A stretch of DNA of 64,000 nt, taken from the NCBI GenBank assembly GCA_964106645.2, contig OZ067038.1. One strand, written 5' to 3'. The notes beneath the pieces were generated by a model. The model was not told where the DNA came from, ran no database searches, and saw only the letters and a program-made list of their open reading frames with translations. This DNA is from Podarcis pityusensis. Its lineage: Eukaryota. Within the stretch, counting starts at the first letter, position 1, and the number at the start of each line of letters is the position of its first letter. Positions 1-41,940 of this stretch are shown here, one piece after another. The translations under genes were made by a program, and so were the position numbers.

Positions 1-201
1 CCCTCTCCTCCTCCCGTGTGCTGTTCTCGCAGTTCTCCTGACTCTCTGGAGCAGATCTGGAGAGGGCAGGGGGGCAGGAGAGAGGGGAAAGTCCTGTTGT
101 GCTGGATTCCACTAGGAGAGGAAGAGGTTTCAGCAAAAGCAAAGGGCATCACTCCCCACCTGCTGCCAGCAGTGGTATGTCACTACAAACAATAGAAATT
201 A

Positions 202-28235
<28,034 letters not shown>

Positions 28236-31200
28236 AGTGAACACTTTGAAAATGTCTTATCCGACCCCTACAAACAGGGAAAAAATAAACCGTATTCAGT
28301 AACACTTCAACAGTTTCCTAGTTTTTATGAAAAACCAAGTGTGACATTAAAACAACCAAGCACACCATTTTATTTTCATTCTGTCATTCACATCTTCAGT
28401 TTAGCTATAGTTCTTTTTCATAGCAACCTAACTGCTATCTCTCTTTGATCAAGTACTAAAGTAATGTTTCTGAGCACCAATGGTGGCCATTTAATCTTGG
28501 ACTGGAAGAAGGATACATTGAAGAACCGAAATACGTTGGATAAAATTCAAATTTTACTTGCACAAATGGTGCAATTTAATGACATTATTGTCATGAAAGG
28601 ATAGTTCTTTTGTAAAAACTACATTTTTATTAATCATTTTTCTTGCTATTTCAGATAAAAATCAAATCAAAGTTTTGATAAATTCAAGATAAAACCAGGA
28701 GCATGTCTTGACCACTACAGAAAACGATTGAGTTTTAAAGATTAAGCAGCATATGATGAATAAAATAGCAAATGCTGTATAGCAATGCCATCATACAGCA
28801 CATCAGTTTTTGTTCACATCCTAGTCATGTTAAAGTAGATATGTGCAAATATGTCTTCTACACTGTTTATTTAACCATGCTAGATATTCATACTAACAGA
28901 TATATTAGAAATATGTATAACTGCTTTGAGTAGTATATAACGGTAGGTATTTTTTTACAATTGAGTGGTATATAGCTTTATTAAATAAATAAATAAAATA
29001 AAATTAGGCATTTCAGGAAGCAGTAATGTAAGCCCAGTATTATTATTTTTTTTGGGGGGGGGAGAATCTCCTTCCTGGAATAAACTGTCTGAAGGTGAAA
29101 AGTCACATGGTGAATGCATAGGGCTTTGCAAACTAGGATGCAGCTGGTGAAATGTAAGAGCAATAGCTATGAGCCCCACTTTCTATGTCGGTTTTGGGCT
29201 CTTATTGGGGCATCTTAGGTTAATAGCCAGCCGCTACTGCTAATACAGGAATAACACTGCACTAACATACAAGTTTATTTTAAGAACTACTGAGATAATA
29301 GGTGGGATGTGATAACAATAAATACTTAATAGTATTCTGCTTAACGAGTATTAAACAGGAAGTCTCACTGGGCTAAACACAAGCTCTGGGGCTTGTGTTG
29401 CCTTCTCCTAACTGAAACAGACAATCCTACTATAGTAATATTATAGTATATTGAGAATACCAGACAACATGCACAGGTAGATTACAGGACATGACTGCAT
29501 GAAAGTATTTTTCGAGAAACATAGGTCGAGGGTCAATATTTAAAACACCCTTAATACAGTACGCAAACTGCTGCATAACAGCTACTATGTTAAGAGACTG
29601 CAGAATCTGCCATTATTAGAATGCACGCTTTCATCTTTCTTGTACCATTTGTACACACTGACTAGCAGTTACATGCAGGAGCTGCCGAAGGTTTTAACTC
29701 ACAGAAAAGAATGTTTCTGAAGTATAAAGCACAGTTTTAAGTAACTGAGGAAGAGCTCTTATGTAGAGAGAGTCATCAACAAACTACCCGGTAAAATTCT
29801 GTCAGGTACAGACATTTAAGGTTTTGTGTGTGTGTGTTTGTGTTATGCTGGAAAATGTCTCCCACTCCAAGCAGAAAACTTTAAAGCATCTATTGGGGGG
29901 GGGGCAGCCCAACCCTCAATAGCTGCGGCATAACTTTCATGACTCTAAGATGAAAAGAATGCCGTTCAAGATCACTGCAGTCAAGCGGCAAAATTATAAA
30001 ATCCCTTTAAACTTCTGAAGCTTACTTTAATGTGAAAAGGAACTTGCGAGTATTCTTAAAAGCAAGAGGTGCTAATCCTTATACGGAATATTGTGGATTT
30101 CCTTGTCGGCTATAACCTGCTCTCTGTGCCTAATATTCTATGTGAGCGTTGCTTTGTAGTTGATGAATTAATGCTCACTGTATGTTTAGCATATTGCTTA
30201 AAATTGGCTCAGTGTTTCTGGAATTTGTTGGGCAGAAGGGAAGCCAAATACTTAATAGGCACAGCAAGGTCACTAGAGTAGGCCCGGCTTTTAGAATCAG
30301 TTAGCACACTCCATTAAAGTGACTTTTACCAAGCGGATCTAAAATTACACCTGCTTTGGTGAATTAGAGTATCAGAGTAACTATACATGATCACAAGAGG
30401 AGTTTAAAAGGATTCCCGTCAGCTGCCCAATCAACTGCAGCCACTTATGAGAGAAGGCTAAAAATACTGGCGGAGGTCAGCTGCTATTGGCTGTCACTAT
30501 GGGAGGCAAGGGCAAGCTTCTTTCTGCAAAGGGACCGCTCAGACTGCACTCAAAGAGGCAACAGGTTCTGGTCTAGAATCAAGTTCTCAAGGGCTCTTTC
30601 ATGTCACCCAGGGAAGGTCACAGGAGGAATAAAATGCCTGTGAAGAAAAGAGGGGTGCAGCAGGGCCCACCTTGTTCTATTTGTGAGCCAGGTGACCTCA
30701 CGCATCCATTTACCTGGCAGGTATGACACTCCAACAGGAAGGCCTTGGGGATTTGTGCCACACCCACTTGGATACAGCAGGCAAAGCAAGGAAACTAAGG
30801 ACCATTTGGGCAATGGGAGCAGCACAGGGAGTGAGGATGGGCTGGTTCAAAAGAGGAACAAGAAATCTATGCAAAGAGGTGGCAGAACCCCAAGGCTCAG
30901 GCTTTCCTCCAATGAAAAAAGGGCAGCAGTTTCCTAGAGCAGAAGGCAAGAGTTCTCGGAGCAGATAAAGTGCTATGGGAGGCAATCCCTCAGGAATCCT
31001 GGGTCCAAGCCATTAGGGCTGTCCGGCCGCCTGGCCGGCCGGCCAAACCTTTTTCAGACCAACAGCCACATTCCTTCTGGGCAACCTTCCAGGAGCCACA
31101 TACCAGCGGCAGGTGAAGCCAGAGGCAAAAGTGGAAACAGCAACAAATGTAAATTTTGCCAAAAAAAAAAAAAAAAGATGGGGGAAAAAATGTAAATTTT

Positions 31201-32147
31201 GCCTTCATACAGTAACCGAGGTCCTAGACACCCTTTGAATCACCCATGGAGGGAAGCATTATCAGAATGGAAGGACACATTTCAGGTGGGCAAAAATACT
31301 CAAGGGGTTGCAAACAAGGCCAGTGAGAGGCGTGGTCTGGGAAGAGTTCTGAGGACCAGGTAGAGAGATTTGAAGGGCTGCATTTCGCCCACCCCTGCAT
31401 TAAGGGTTTAAAGGTAATCATCAGTAAGTTGAGCTGTGCCTTGGAGCAAACTGGCAGTTGGAACATACAGAACAGATATAACATGGTCCAATGGTTATGT
31501 GGCCACTAAAATTCTTGCTGCTGCATTCCAGATCAACTGCAGCTTCCAAAGGCTCTTCAAAGGTAGTCCCATGCATAACACATTGCCCTTCCCTATATAA
31601 TAAAAAATAAAACATTTATATCCCACCTTTCCTCCAAGGAACTCAAGATAGCCTACACAGTTCTTCCTCCCCACATTTTATCCTCCCAACCATCCTCTGA
31701 ACTATGTAAGTCAGGCTGAGAGACAGTGGCACTTCATGGCAGAGTAGGGATTTGAATCCAGGTCCCCCAGGCCCAAATCCAACACTCTAACCATTACACT
31801 ACACTGCTTATTCCAGGGACTGACCAGGACTTTGAGAGGATCACAGACTGAAGCAGTCGGAAACCCACCTAGGGCAGTCAGGAAACCTTTTGGCTCCACC
31901 TTGCTCCAAAGGCTGTCACCTTCTAACCTTTCAGAGGTTAGAAGCTTTTGTGAGTTGAAAAGGACCACATATTGCCCCTCCATACCCAGATCACCCTCCT
32001 CCTGTACAGAACAAAAAAACCAAGTCCAGAGTATTCTCCTGGACCTATGGTTGCCATGGAGGCAGAACCTCCAAACCTACCCCACAGCACTTTTTAGGAA
32101 GTAGTGAGTGGTGGACCCAGTCCAGTTTGGCATCCATCTGTCTAGAG

Positions 32148-32678
32148 CAGGGGTCGGCAATTTTTTTTGCCACAGGCCGGTCCACTATCCCTCAGACCTT
32201 GTGGCAGGCCAGAGAAGCGGCACCGGAGGGTGGGGGAGTTGGAAGAAGAGGTATGGGGGCAATTATTCCTCCCCACCCACCCCCAGCCGCTGCGCTTACC
32301 TTCCCTGGGGCTGCCACCGCCACTGCCACCACCGCTGCTTCTCATGGGCAGGCAGAGTGAGCTCGTCCGCTCCGCTCTCTGGCCCACAGGAGCACCAGGG
32401 CAGCGGTGGCGGTGGGAAGATGAGCGGCACGAAAGGGATGGCTCCAGAGAGGGGCTGCTTAAAATGGCACTCAGCCAGCCCCCTTCCTCCTCTAGGCAAG
32501 ACGGGGAGAAGCCAGAAGGAGGGAGGGAGGAGGCACCGCCACGGTGTGGGGGGCAGGAAAAAAATGGCACAGCCCGAACGAACAGAATCCCCATGCCGAT
32601 CCACAAACAGTTCACGGGCTGGATCCTGAAGGCAATTGGGCTTGATCCGGCCTGCGGGCCTTAGTTTGCCGACCCCTG
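32148..32678. mobile_element. Non-autonomous hAT (Charlie-like) transposon
   Basis: TIR CAGGGGTCGGCAA, perfect 8-bp TSD GTCTAGAG. Confidence 0.9.
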
Positions 32679-33125
32679 GTCTAGAGAGACAATGGAGTGT
32701 GCCTCCAGGGGCAAAGCCAAACTGCTGAAGAACCACAGTGCCTGCTACAAAGATTGGTAACTAGTAACTGCTGCCTCCCACACTGTTTTTGCTGTATTAT
32801 CACAGAAGTGACCTCTCCAGGGCACAAGCTTGGGCAGTGTGTATGGAGGTCCTGGCCTGCCCAGTTGACAAGACCCACCTCTCGGCCTCATTGATGTAGT
32901 CTAAAGGAAAGCAGAGAAATATGTTTAGCACCAGCTCGACGGCACTGTGGAAACATCGGTTCCATGAAGTTCACTGAGTGACCTCAGGCCGATCAGTCTG
33001 ACCTAGCTCACAGGGTTGTGACAAGGATGAAAGAGAGCGGTGGAACCACTTGGAGTGCCTCAGCAGAAAGGCAGGATATAAATGTAACAAACAAACTACA
33101 TAAGCAAATGTTCTGTTGTCTATTC

Positions 33126-33308
33126 CAGGCATGTCCAACGGGTAGATTGTGATCTAAAAAAAGCTCAGGCTCCACAACTTTGGCTTCCTAAAAAACCTCC
33201 ACAACTTTCAGTAGTAGATCACTGCCAGTCTTTTTACGACAATGGGTAAATCATTGCCAGTTTTTTAATACTGTGAGATCGCAGACTATTGGGAGTTGGA
33301 CTTCCCAG
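33126..33308. mobile_element. Older hAT-type MITE directly upstream of the 33318 element
   Basis: CAGGCATGTCCAAC ... GTTGGACTTCCCAG degenerate TIRs; flanks GTCTATTC / CTCTATTC. Confidence 0.6.
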
Positions 33309-33317
33309 ACTCTATTC

Positions 33318-33568
33318 CAGGGGTCAGCAAACTTTTTCAGCAGGGGGCCGGTCCACTGTCCCTCAGACCTTGTGGGGGGCTGGACTATATTTTGGAGGGG
33401 GGGGATGAACGAATTCCTATGCCCCACAAATAACCCAGAGATGCATTTTAAATAAAAGGACACATTCTACTCATGTAAAAACACGCTGATTCCTGGACCG
33501 TCCGCAGGCCAGACTGAGAAGGCGACTGGGCCGGATCCGGACCCTGGGCCTTAGTTTGCCTACCCATG
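33318..33568. mobile_element. Non-autonomous hAT transposon related to the 32.1-kb element
   Basis: TIR CAGGGGTCAGCAAAC, 8-bp TSD CTCTATTC. Confidence 0.88.
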
Positions 33569-35029
33569 CTCTATTCCAACCAGTACACCACCTAGAGGAG
33601 AAAACCAGCCATAATGCCCACTTCTGCAGCAGACCACAATACCAAATCACACACCACATAAGAACTCCTGTGCTACATTCAGAATTGCAATCTGCCCCTC
33701 CTAACTTCACTGGACAGTGTCAACCCAGAAGCTATTACCCAGCAAAATGGTCCAGACAGACCCATCCACCACGTTCTCCTGGGACTTGCTGCAGCAGCTC
33801 CAAATGAGAATCATTCTACACCACAGGAAACACCTGTGTCCACATCCTACCTGCAACTGCATGCTGGAAATAAGTAGCAGATTTGCTTCTCAAATAAGTA
33901 AGTTTGGCTGTGCCACAGATAAAAGATAAACTCTTCTCTTTCAAGGAAAGTGTTGTCCCATCAAATGCTTTCATGGCCTCAGTGGTGCAGAGTGTCTTCC
34001 ATCAGCTTCAGTTGGTGACCCAGCTATACTCTTCTGTAGACAGGGATAACCTAACTTCTGTTGTCTATGCTCTGGTAACTTTTAAAATATTTTATACAAG
34101 GGGCTACTTTTGAAGACAGTTCAGACGCTGTAGGTGCAGAATTCAGTGGCCAGGTCGCTCCCCAGGGAAAGATGGTCTGCGCACAGAACACCAATTCTGG
34201 CCTGACTGCACTGGCTACCAGATAGCTTCCGGGCCCAATTCAAAGTGCTGGATTTGACCTAAGAAGCTTTATGCAGCTCAGGACCCGAATGCCTCAGGGT
34301 CTGCCTTTCTCCAAATGAACCAACCCAGATGTTAAGACTCGATATCACAGTAACTCTTAAGTTTGGGTCATAATTGACAATTACCAGTTTCAGACTTGAA
34401 AACTACATATATACATATTAAATTGTACTAAGGGCTATTCTCATTTGTTGTTTGTGGACTGCATTCATATCTGTTACATCGGGCAACTCTTGAAAGACTT
34501 ACAAGTTACACAAACACTTTTTAGAATGATCCAAGAAAATGTGTCAAACAACATTATGGAAGTATTGAAAAAACTACACCTCTGAAGTATTCCCGAAAGT
34601 GCCCCAAAGTTTCCACACCACAGTTTAAGAAGCACTAGCAGATGTCGACGCACCCATTTGTAGCAGCATATTAAATAATATGCAAAACATATGCATTAAT
34701 GGTTAGCCTCTCCCTACTTTATAGGATGCTCCTAATTACAATGCTGTCTGCATGGTGCGTACAAGTTGTGAAAGCTATAATGCAAGAAAATTGATGTCTC
34801 CGATATCACGCCTCCCCCCCCCCCAACAAGGTTTCTAGGTTAAGCTTTTACTGCCACAAGTGGGGCTTTGTGTTAGTCCTCCAATGTGTGCTTCAAAAGT
34901 ACAAAATCTCGCGCAAAGGCTGCTTGCACGCTACCCTCCAGCCTTACGTGCTCGGAAGCCCTAACAACTTCATTTAAGATGGTTCCCCCGAACTGCCCCA
35001 TCCCACAAACAACCGTAGCTGTAGGTCTC

Positions 35030-35660
35030 GCATACTCGTGACCTACAGCCACCCCATCTACATTGCCGCCGTGCCTGCGCTTAATCTCAGCCTCTCCTCC
35101 TCCCCACGCACTGGAGAGCCAGGCACCGCCCGTCCACCTCTCAGTACTCACAGGTCGTACCCTCCTCACCCCGCTGCGTAGCCCAGGCCCATCGCCCAGC
35201 AAGATGGGCTGGCCACGGCCCCCTCCCTCCTCCGCCGCCTTCCCCGCTGCTGCTGCCGCCGCCTCCTCCTCCTACTCCGGACACTTGCCGACCCGAAAGA
35301 GACCCGCGCCACAACGCAGGAAGCGCCCCATCGATTCAGCCAATCGGAAAGCCCAGACCGTACGCGCCTTTGCATTCTGGGAAGAGTAGTTTTCGCGCCT
35401 CACAGAACCCGACTCGGCGGCGCTCTTTCCGACGGGAAACGACTCTTGCGAGAGAAAATTGTGGCCACGGCCATAGGGCGCGGGGCATTTCGGGAGTTGT
35501 AGTTTTGCTCCCGGAGGCGGCGGAACTTGGGCACTTTCTGTTGAATTCGATTGGCATTGCTTCCAGATGGCCGTGCGCGGGAGTGGGTTGTAAGGCATGG
35601 ATCCTTCGTTGGGACGAGGCCCTGCCGACGCGGTTCACAGTGGGGCGTCTTTCTAAGCTC
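35030..35660 (-). promoter_or_regulatory. ZNF106: CpG-island promoter and non-coding first exon of ZNF106
   Basis: CpG-rich; CCAAT boxes near 35340 and 35550; two ZNF143-type motifs (35371-35392, 35484-35505); candidate donors GTGAGT at 35151 or GTGAGG near 35169. Confidence 0.75.
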
Positions 35661-36559
35661 CCTGAAATGATGCAGGGATTAGACATTATGATTCTTGGAG
35701 ACGAAGCTTGTCATCCTCGAGAATTCAGCTATTAAACCTAAACTCAGCTGAATAAAAAAAACCTGCGTGCTCAGACAAACCTGAAAGCTAACGCACAATT
35801 TTATTTATTTATTTATTTATTTTGAGCAGACACAATACATATTTATTTTCTAAATTTATATCCCATTCACCGCAAAACAGCACGCAGGAAGGAGCACATG
35901 AATTGCATAAAAAAACTACATATAAAATACTTAAAACTAAAACATGTTCTTCCACCTGTCCTAAATGTCTTCAGTCAACGCACAAATCTTTATTAATTAC
36001 ACTTTAGTGGGAGAAAGTTGTAATGATTTGCTATTGCCCTTCCAGCCAGTACATGGGACTTTAAGGAGATTTCTTTATTCCTTGCTTAAGTCTGCTTATT
36101 ATCATATTGTTATGTTCAGAGAAGAATCTGGAAAATTCAGCTATGTCGATCGTAGAGGTAGACACACGTCTCAAAAACCTAAACGTAGATTAGCCTATAT
36201 ATCGAAAAGCAAGGACGTCTCCACCGCAGGTGTCAGACCTGATGCAACGATTGCCACCGACTTTAGCACTTTGAATCCATAACCAACTAACGGAGTGGAA
36301 AGGAGAGCGCCCGCAGAAACAACAACAACTCTCTAGATGAGCAGCCGTCTTAGTGTTTGGCAGCAAAATAGAGAGTCTTGTGACACCTGAGAGATCAACA
36401 AAGTTGTTATAGCACAAGTGTTTGCGGACTACTGTGCATTGCGTTAGATGCAAGAAGCGTTACCCAGAGTTATAGGTATGTGTGCACAAGTTTGGGAGGG
36501 GAGGTTATAGGAAGCGAGGCCAGATGGAAACCGAATGCAGAAAACCAAACAGTGATTAC

Positions 36560-37450
36560 TGGATTGGTGTTCTGGAAAGCGAAAGGAGGACGCGGAGTTT
36601 GACAGTCACTCGCTTTCGCCAATAACTCGAAGCGGAAGCGACTAATGCAATCCTGAGTGGGGGTTGCGGAGGAGGCGGGTGTTGTTGTCAAGGAGCGAGG
36701 AGGAGACACCTCGTCGGTCAAGAAGGAACTGGAGGGCGGAGGCTGTGAGGAAGTAGCCCGGGTGGGGCTTGGCCGAGCGAAGGGGCCCCCGCAGACTCGA
36801 GGCAGAGCGGAAGGCCCGAGCTCCCGGGTGCGGGGCTGGAGAGGAGGGCGAGGGCTGGTCGACTCCGAAGCCGTGTGGGTGAGCCTCGAAAGGGAAAGCA
36901 AGGAGCGGGCAGCCTGGGGCGGCGGCGGGGGGGAATCCGGGGATGGGGAGAAGCGGGCTCGCGGAGTACGTGTGAATGAGTGCAGCGGCGTGCAAAGGAA
37001 GCTGCGAGTGCGGGGTCTGCTCGGAGGGGAGGTCGGGCGAGGTGCCGGAGGGAGGTGGGGCGCTCGAGGTGCCCGGGAAAGGAAGGGGCCGGCTGGGCGT
37101 CTCTCGGCTTCATACACACATATATACAGGGTATATCTATGTCTATATAATGGTCGGCTGGGCTGGAGCTGAACCTGGGCGAGGATCTGCGGCGAGTGGC
37201 CCAGGAATGCGGGCGGATGAGGAGCCCTGCGGAAGGGAGGAAGGAAGGAGGAGAGAGGGAGAGGCGGATAGTGCAGGAAGCGGCGAGGAGGGAGGGAGAG
37301 GCAGAAGCGCCGCTCTCGCATCCCCGGCAGCGGAGGGAACTCGGCGGGCGAAGCTGCCCGGCCGCCCCTTCCCGGCTTCCGGGGTGCCTGCCTGCCTGCC
37401 TGCCTGGGACTGGCCCCGCTTGGTCTGGCGAGTTAGGGATTCGTGAAGGA
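36560..37450 (+). promoter_or_regulatory. SNAP23: CpG-island promoter and non-coding first exon of SNAP23
   Basis: GC/CpG-rich island upstream of SNAP23; candidate donor TGG|GTGAGC at 36878/36879. Confidence 0.7.
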
Positions 37451-38700
37451 AATGTGGCCAACTGGCTTCCTCTCCCCAGAGCTGCCCTATATTTCATGCT
37501 ATATCATTACTACATAAGGTGTGAATCCTTTTTCTGAGCCCTTAATTCCTGATGGTGGTTTAGAATGGAAAGGCACTTAAGGGAGAAGGTACGGTAACTT
37601 CTGTTTTGGGGCGTTCCCAGCAGAGGGTACATAAAACAAGTGAGTAGGCATTTCAGAGTAATAGCAGTAGCTGGTTTATGGAAAACAAGAGTTTAAGGCA
37701 TACTTTTATCCTTCACAGTATGCTCCACAATTGAAAGTTCACTCAGGAGTCAGTGCTGTAGGGCACCTGCAAAGGCCCACACCAAAGCAGGGTCTGCTGG
37801 TCTTTTTCCTCCTTGCTGTTACTGCTTTTTTATGTGCCCTCTCTAAGAAACGCCATTCATTTAAAACACATGACTTCTCCCAAAGAATCCTGGGAACTGT
37901 GGTACGTACACAGTCCAGGAGTATGGTCAAGGGCAAGGAGAGCAGCTTCCACTCATTCTCAACTTCAGGGCAGTGGTACGCATTACCCCAAGAAGCAAAA
38001 GGCAAATGACTGGGCAGTGTCAGAGTGGCTGGAAGAATATATTGTCCAAATCTGGACCCAACACTAGGTTGAAACCCTTTACATCTTCATAATGTTGAGA
38101 ACATGATATAACTTGAATCTTTGGTAAGGTACATGAAGTAGATTGGGCAATATGGAGCTGTTCATCTTATTTCCAATAATTCATTTTTCTCTATGCTTTC
38201 TACTCTTTTGCTATTTCCTGTTCTTCTATTCTCCCATATGGTTCCCCATTTTCCCTTCTACATGATCTTTTCTAACTCCTCCCACTTCTTTTTTTCTACT
38301 CTTCACCCCATGTCTTTTGTAAACATTCTCCTTCCTCCCTTGAATGCACAGTCCTATGCAGCAGCGTCTGATCAAAGAGCAGTCTCCCCTCATCCTCTAC
38401 CCAATCAGTACATTATAAACTATTCCAGGCTGTGTTGGCTATTCTCCATCTGGTTCATAGTCCTTCCGAGGACTATATTTGCCATCAGCTTTGGTATCTC
38501 ATGCAACAGCCAAACGGTTAGTGAAATATAGAGCACAGCTTTTTCAGAACCCTACAAAAGTTGCCTGCAGGAATCCCTGGTAATCACAGTTTCCAGGGAT
38601 GAGCAGGAAATTACAAGGCTGCCATAAGCTTGCCTTCTTGTATGACTTGAGGTCTTGTTCACACATAGTACTGGCCTCTCTTGCTACCATACACATTTAA

Positions 38701-38942
38701 CAGTGGTACCTCTGGTTACGTACTTAATTCGTTCTGGAGGTCCGTTCTTAACCTGAAACTGTTCTTAACCTGAAGCGCCACTTTAGCTAATGGTGCCTCC
38801 CACTACTGCTGCGTCGCCACCGCACGATTTCTGTTCTCATCCTGAAGCAAAGTTCTTAACCTGAGGTACTATTTCTGGGTTAGCAGCGTCTGTAACCTGA
38901 AGCGTATGTAACCTGAAGCGTATGTAACCTGAGGTACCACTG
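38701..38942. mobile_element. Tigger-like MITE, family copy 3
   Basis: Same TIR and body as 23975-24192. Confidence 0.85.
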
Positions 38943-41560
38943 TATCTCCTTAAGAGTTATGGTAGTCTGCAGGCCTACGCATCCAGCACTATCAGCTTAT
39001 TTCATATGTTAGCACCCCCACAACATTTGCCATTCCTGAGTTTTATTCCCTTGTTTCTTAAAGTAGTCATACTCTTAAGAATACTACAAATAGTACTCTA
39101 TACATTTTTAACTTAGATGCATACATACTCAGTTCTGTTTCATTTTGACGATTAGCACTGGGATCCAAAGAGCCCCTTGTGAATGTTGAAGGCAACTTTA
39201 TACATGCAAAGAGGATGCGGCAATTTTCCTTTCTAGCCACAACCCTTTCATTGGCACTGAGTGCCAAGCTCGAGAGTCTCCAGATTTACAGGCTAAGTGT
39301 TTTGAGGGAAGGTAATGGGCTGAGGGGAAAAGGGGAACTGAATAGCCTCAGTGCATTCAGCCTTTAAGACCCAGTTTAGAGAGGGAAAATGAACATCAGG
39401 AATAACTTGATGTTCCATGGCGCTGATTGTCGTATCCTACTTACAGTTTTAATATATATAAAATACTTGAGCCGTGAGGTCTGCCATGAGAATTGCATCA
39501 GTGTTCCAACTAACCTAAATAACCTTTCTATTAACTTTCTTTATATCTCACAATTGCTTCTATCATACACTTCAGAGTAAGTCACAAAGCCATAAAAGAT
39601 ATTTACTCAGGAAGTGTTCTATTTAAAGATATAGGCTGTGATGCAAATCACTATGTTCACATGTTTCCAATCCCCCTTTGCACAGTGCATGCTACCAAAG
39701 TTGGTGCTCTTTTTCTTTCTGCACAACAGTCGCTTGTGACTACTGAGTAACGTCTTAACAAAATTTGGGGAACTCAGGAGAGGATTAAAAGTGATGTGAA
39801 AGGGTGCATTTATAAATTAAAATTGGCAGTTATTCCCGTGCAAGTGGAAGTACTTATACTCTGGTGAGGAGCTGTTTCACTTCTGGCACCATGAATATCA
39901 ATACAAAAGATAGCTCTTTAGCAACAGAATGCTTGCTAATATCACAAGGGGAATTCATTGCTGGGGATTTTAGTAATTCCAGCATTGGCTGTCTTCTAGC
40001 ACTATTCCGCTGTTTCATTTTTGTTGACCAATAAGTTGAGAGAGAGCGCCTTACATTAACATGAAAGTATGCAGTCACTTGAGACAGCTTTATAAAAGAA
40101 GTTTCCTCCCTAAGAAGAAGCTGATTTGTGGGGAATTAGTTGTTCCACTACTAATTGTATTTTGGATTGTATTTTGGGTTATGGAGACCTGTTTGCTCAT
40201 GGAAGTTTCTCTTACATTCAGTGATCAAATCAAGTAACATACTTGCCTTTGTATAAATGCAGTCTCCAGAACTGCTTCTGTAACTTGGGTCTTTGGGTCT
40301 TTTCTAAGGTAGGTGCAGGTATTTGGAGTTCCTTTGCTGTAGAATGCATGAAAACTACCTCCAAGACAATGTTCATACCCACACATTCTTCTTTTCAAAT
40401 TATCTTTGAACGTGACAACTACTAAAGTTTTGAACAACAAAGCAGAAGCAAACTACAAAATGAAGTCAAAATTAAGTCAAATTTATACTGGTTTACCTAT
40501 TGTAGCTTTTCAAAAAAATATTCTGGGGAGGGTAGTTTGACAGCTGTGGAGGTTTTGATTTGTAGTGTAGATAGTAGATACTGCTGTTACTTAACTCTAG
40601 AAGGCCTTCCTATGTAGTATTTAGGCTGTTTCAAGTGTTAAACAAGCAAAGCAATCAACATTCTGTTCCTGTGCTATCTGAAAGAGCAGCAATAACACTA
40701 TTGTCCTTGTAGCATATTTAGGAAGCTGATAAAAAAGACAGGAAGAGATGTTGAGTGGTGTCTTTGTTTTCACATTTATTTACTTTTTAGTCAGTGTAAA
40801 GTAATAGGGAAATAACTTTTCTGCTGCAAAATAGTACTAGTACGAATGTTGTTGGTAGCTAATGTGTTGCAAAATTCTTGGATCCTTCAGGCTTCTGATG
40901 AGATTTAAGTGTACAACTTCAAAAAATCTCTGCTTGTGAAATTCTGCTAAATATTCCTGATGCTCCTCTTAGTTAAATTTGTATTGTTCAAGTCCCAGGC
41001 CATGTCAAATACATGCGGCAAGAGGTAGGGAACCTCCTCTAACCATTGTGAGCCATTTTGACAGATTGGTGGGTCTGCCCACCTGTCAAATCACTTGATG
41101 TCACCCTTTTAAAAAAATCTGAGTCATGAGAGCATAATGGAACAAAAAGTTTATTTTAAAAAGTTTAACATTCAATAGTCAACATGCATGTCTGGGGGAA
41201 GGTTTTAAATATGCCCAGACAACATATCAGGAGAGCTAAGACAAGCTAGGAAGAAATGATAGATTGTGAGGAGGAATGTAAAGGTAAAGGTGGAGAATGG
41301 AATCTTTTGTGTCAGGTTCAGGGGATGGGAGTGGAATGGTTTAAACTTTAAAGGAAAGAGCTGTGACAAAATGCTGTGGGCTGTGCACTACATGGAAATT
41401 AGCCAAATTTTAACTGATGTTATTTACTCATTAAAATTGCCTGCCACCCTGGAAGTAATACGCTAGGTATGGGTGGACATTTTCAGAGGAACCTATTGCT
41501 TCTGAGGAAAATATGACATTTTTTCTGAATTATTATTATTACTGTGGTCATTTTGTTTGT

Positions 41561-41940
41561 TGCGCTGTGGTCTAAACCACTGAGCCTCTTGGGCTTGCCG
41601 ATCGGAAGGTATGGGGTTCGAATCCGCATGATGGGGTGAGCTCCCATTGCTCTGTCCCAGCTTCTGCCAGCCTAGCAGTTCAAAAGCACACCAGTGCAAG
41701 TAGATAAATATTTACTGCTGTGGCGGGAAGGTAAACGGCGTTTCCCTGTGCTCTGGCACTTGTCACGGTGTTTCGTTGTGCCAGAAACAGTTTAGTCATG
41801 CTGGCCACATGACCAGGAAAGCTGTATGTGGACAAACGCCAGCTCCCTTGGCCTGAAGGAGAGATGAGCTCCACAACCCCATAGTCGCCTTTGACTGGAC
41901 TTAACCATCCAGGGATCCTTTACCTTACCTTTTTACCTTA
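41561..41940 (+). mobile_element. Sauria SINE (older copy)
   Basis: GGTTCGAATCC, shared body, TACCTT tail. Confidence 0.85.

Noticed and set aside
29703-29744. Possible 5'UTR cassette exon of ZNF106 (TCT|GTGAGT donor, downstream TGCATG)
   Set aside because: Acceptor ambiguous and no coding or comparative support visible.
32108-32736. Four overlapping ORFs of 146-173 aa
   Set aside because: They lie within the GC-rich non-autonomous hAT element and show no transposase motifs.
34873-35735. ORFs of 108-121 aa at the ZNF106 promoter
   Set aside because: Same CpG-island artefact; the ZNF106 start codon is at 28235.
36470-37537. Long overlapping ORFs (283, 259, 171, 156 aa) at the SNAP23 5' end
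   Set aside because: Stop-poor GC-rich CpG island; Pro/Arg/Gly-rich translations on both strands with no recognisable domain.
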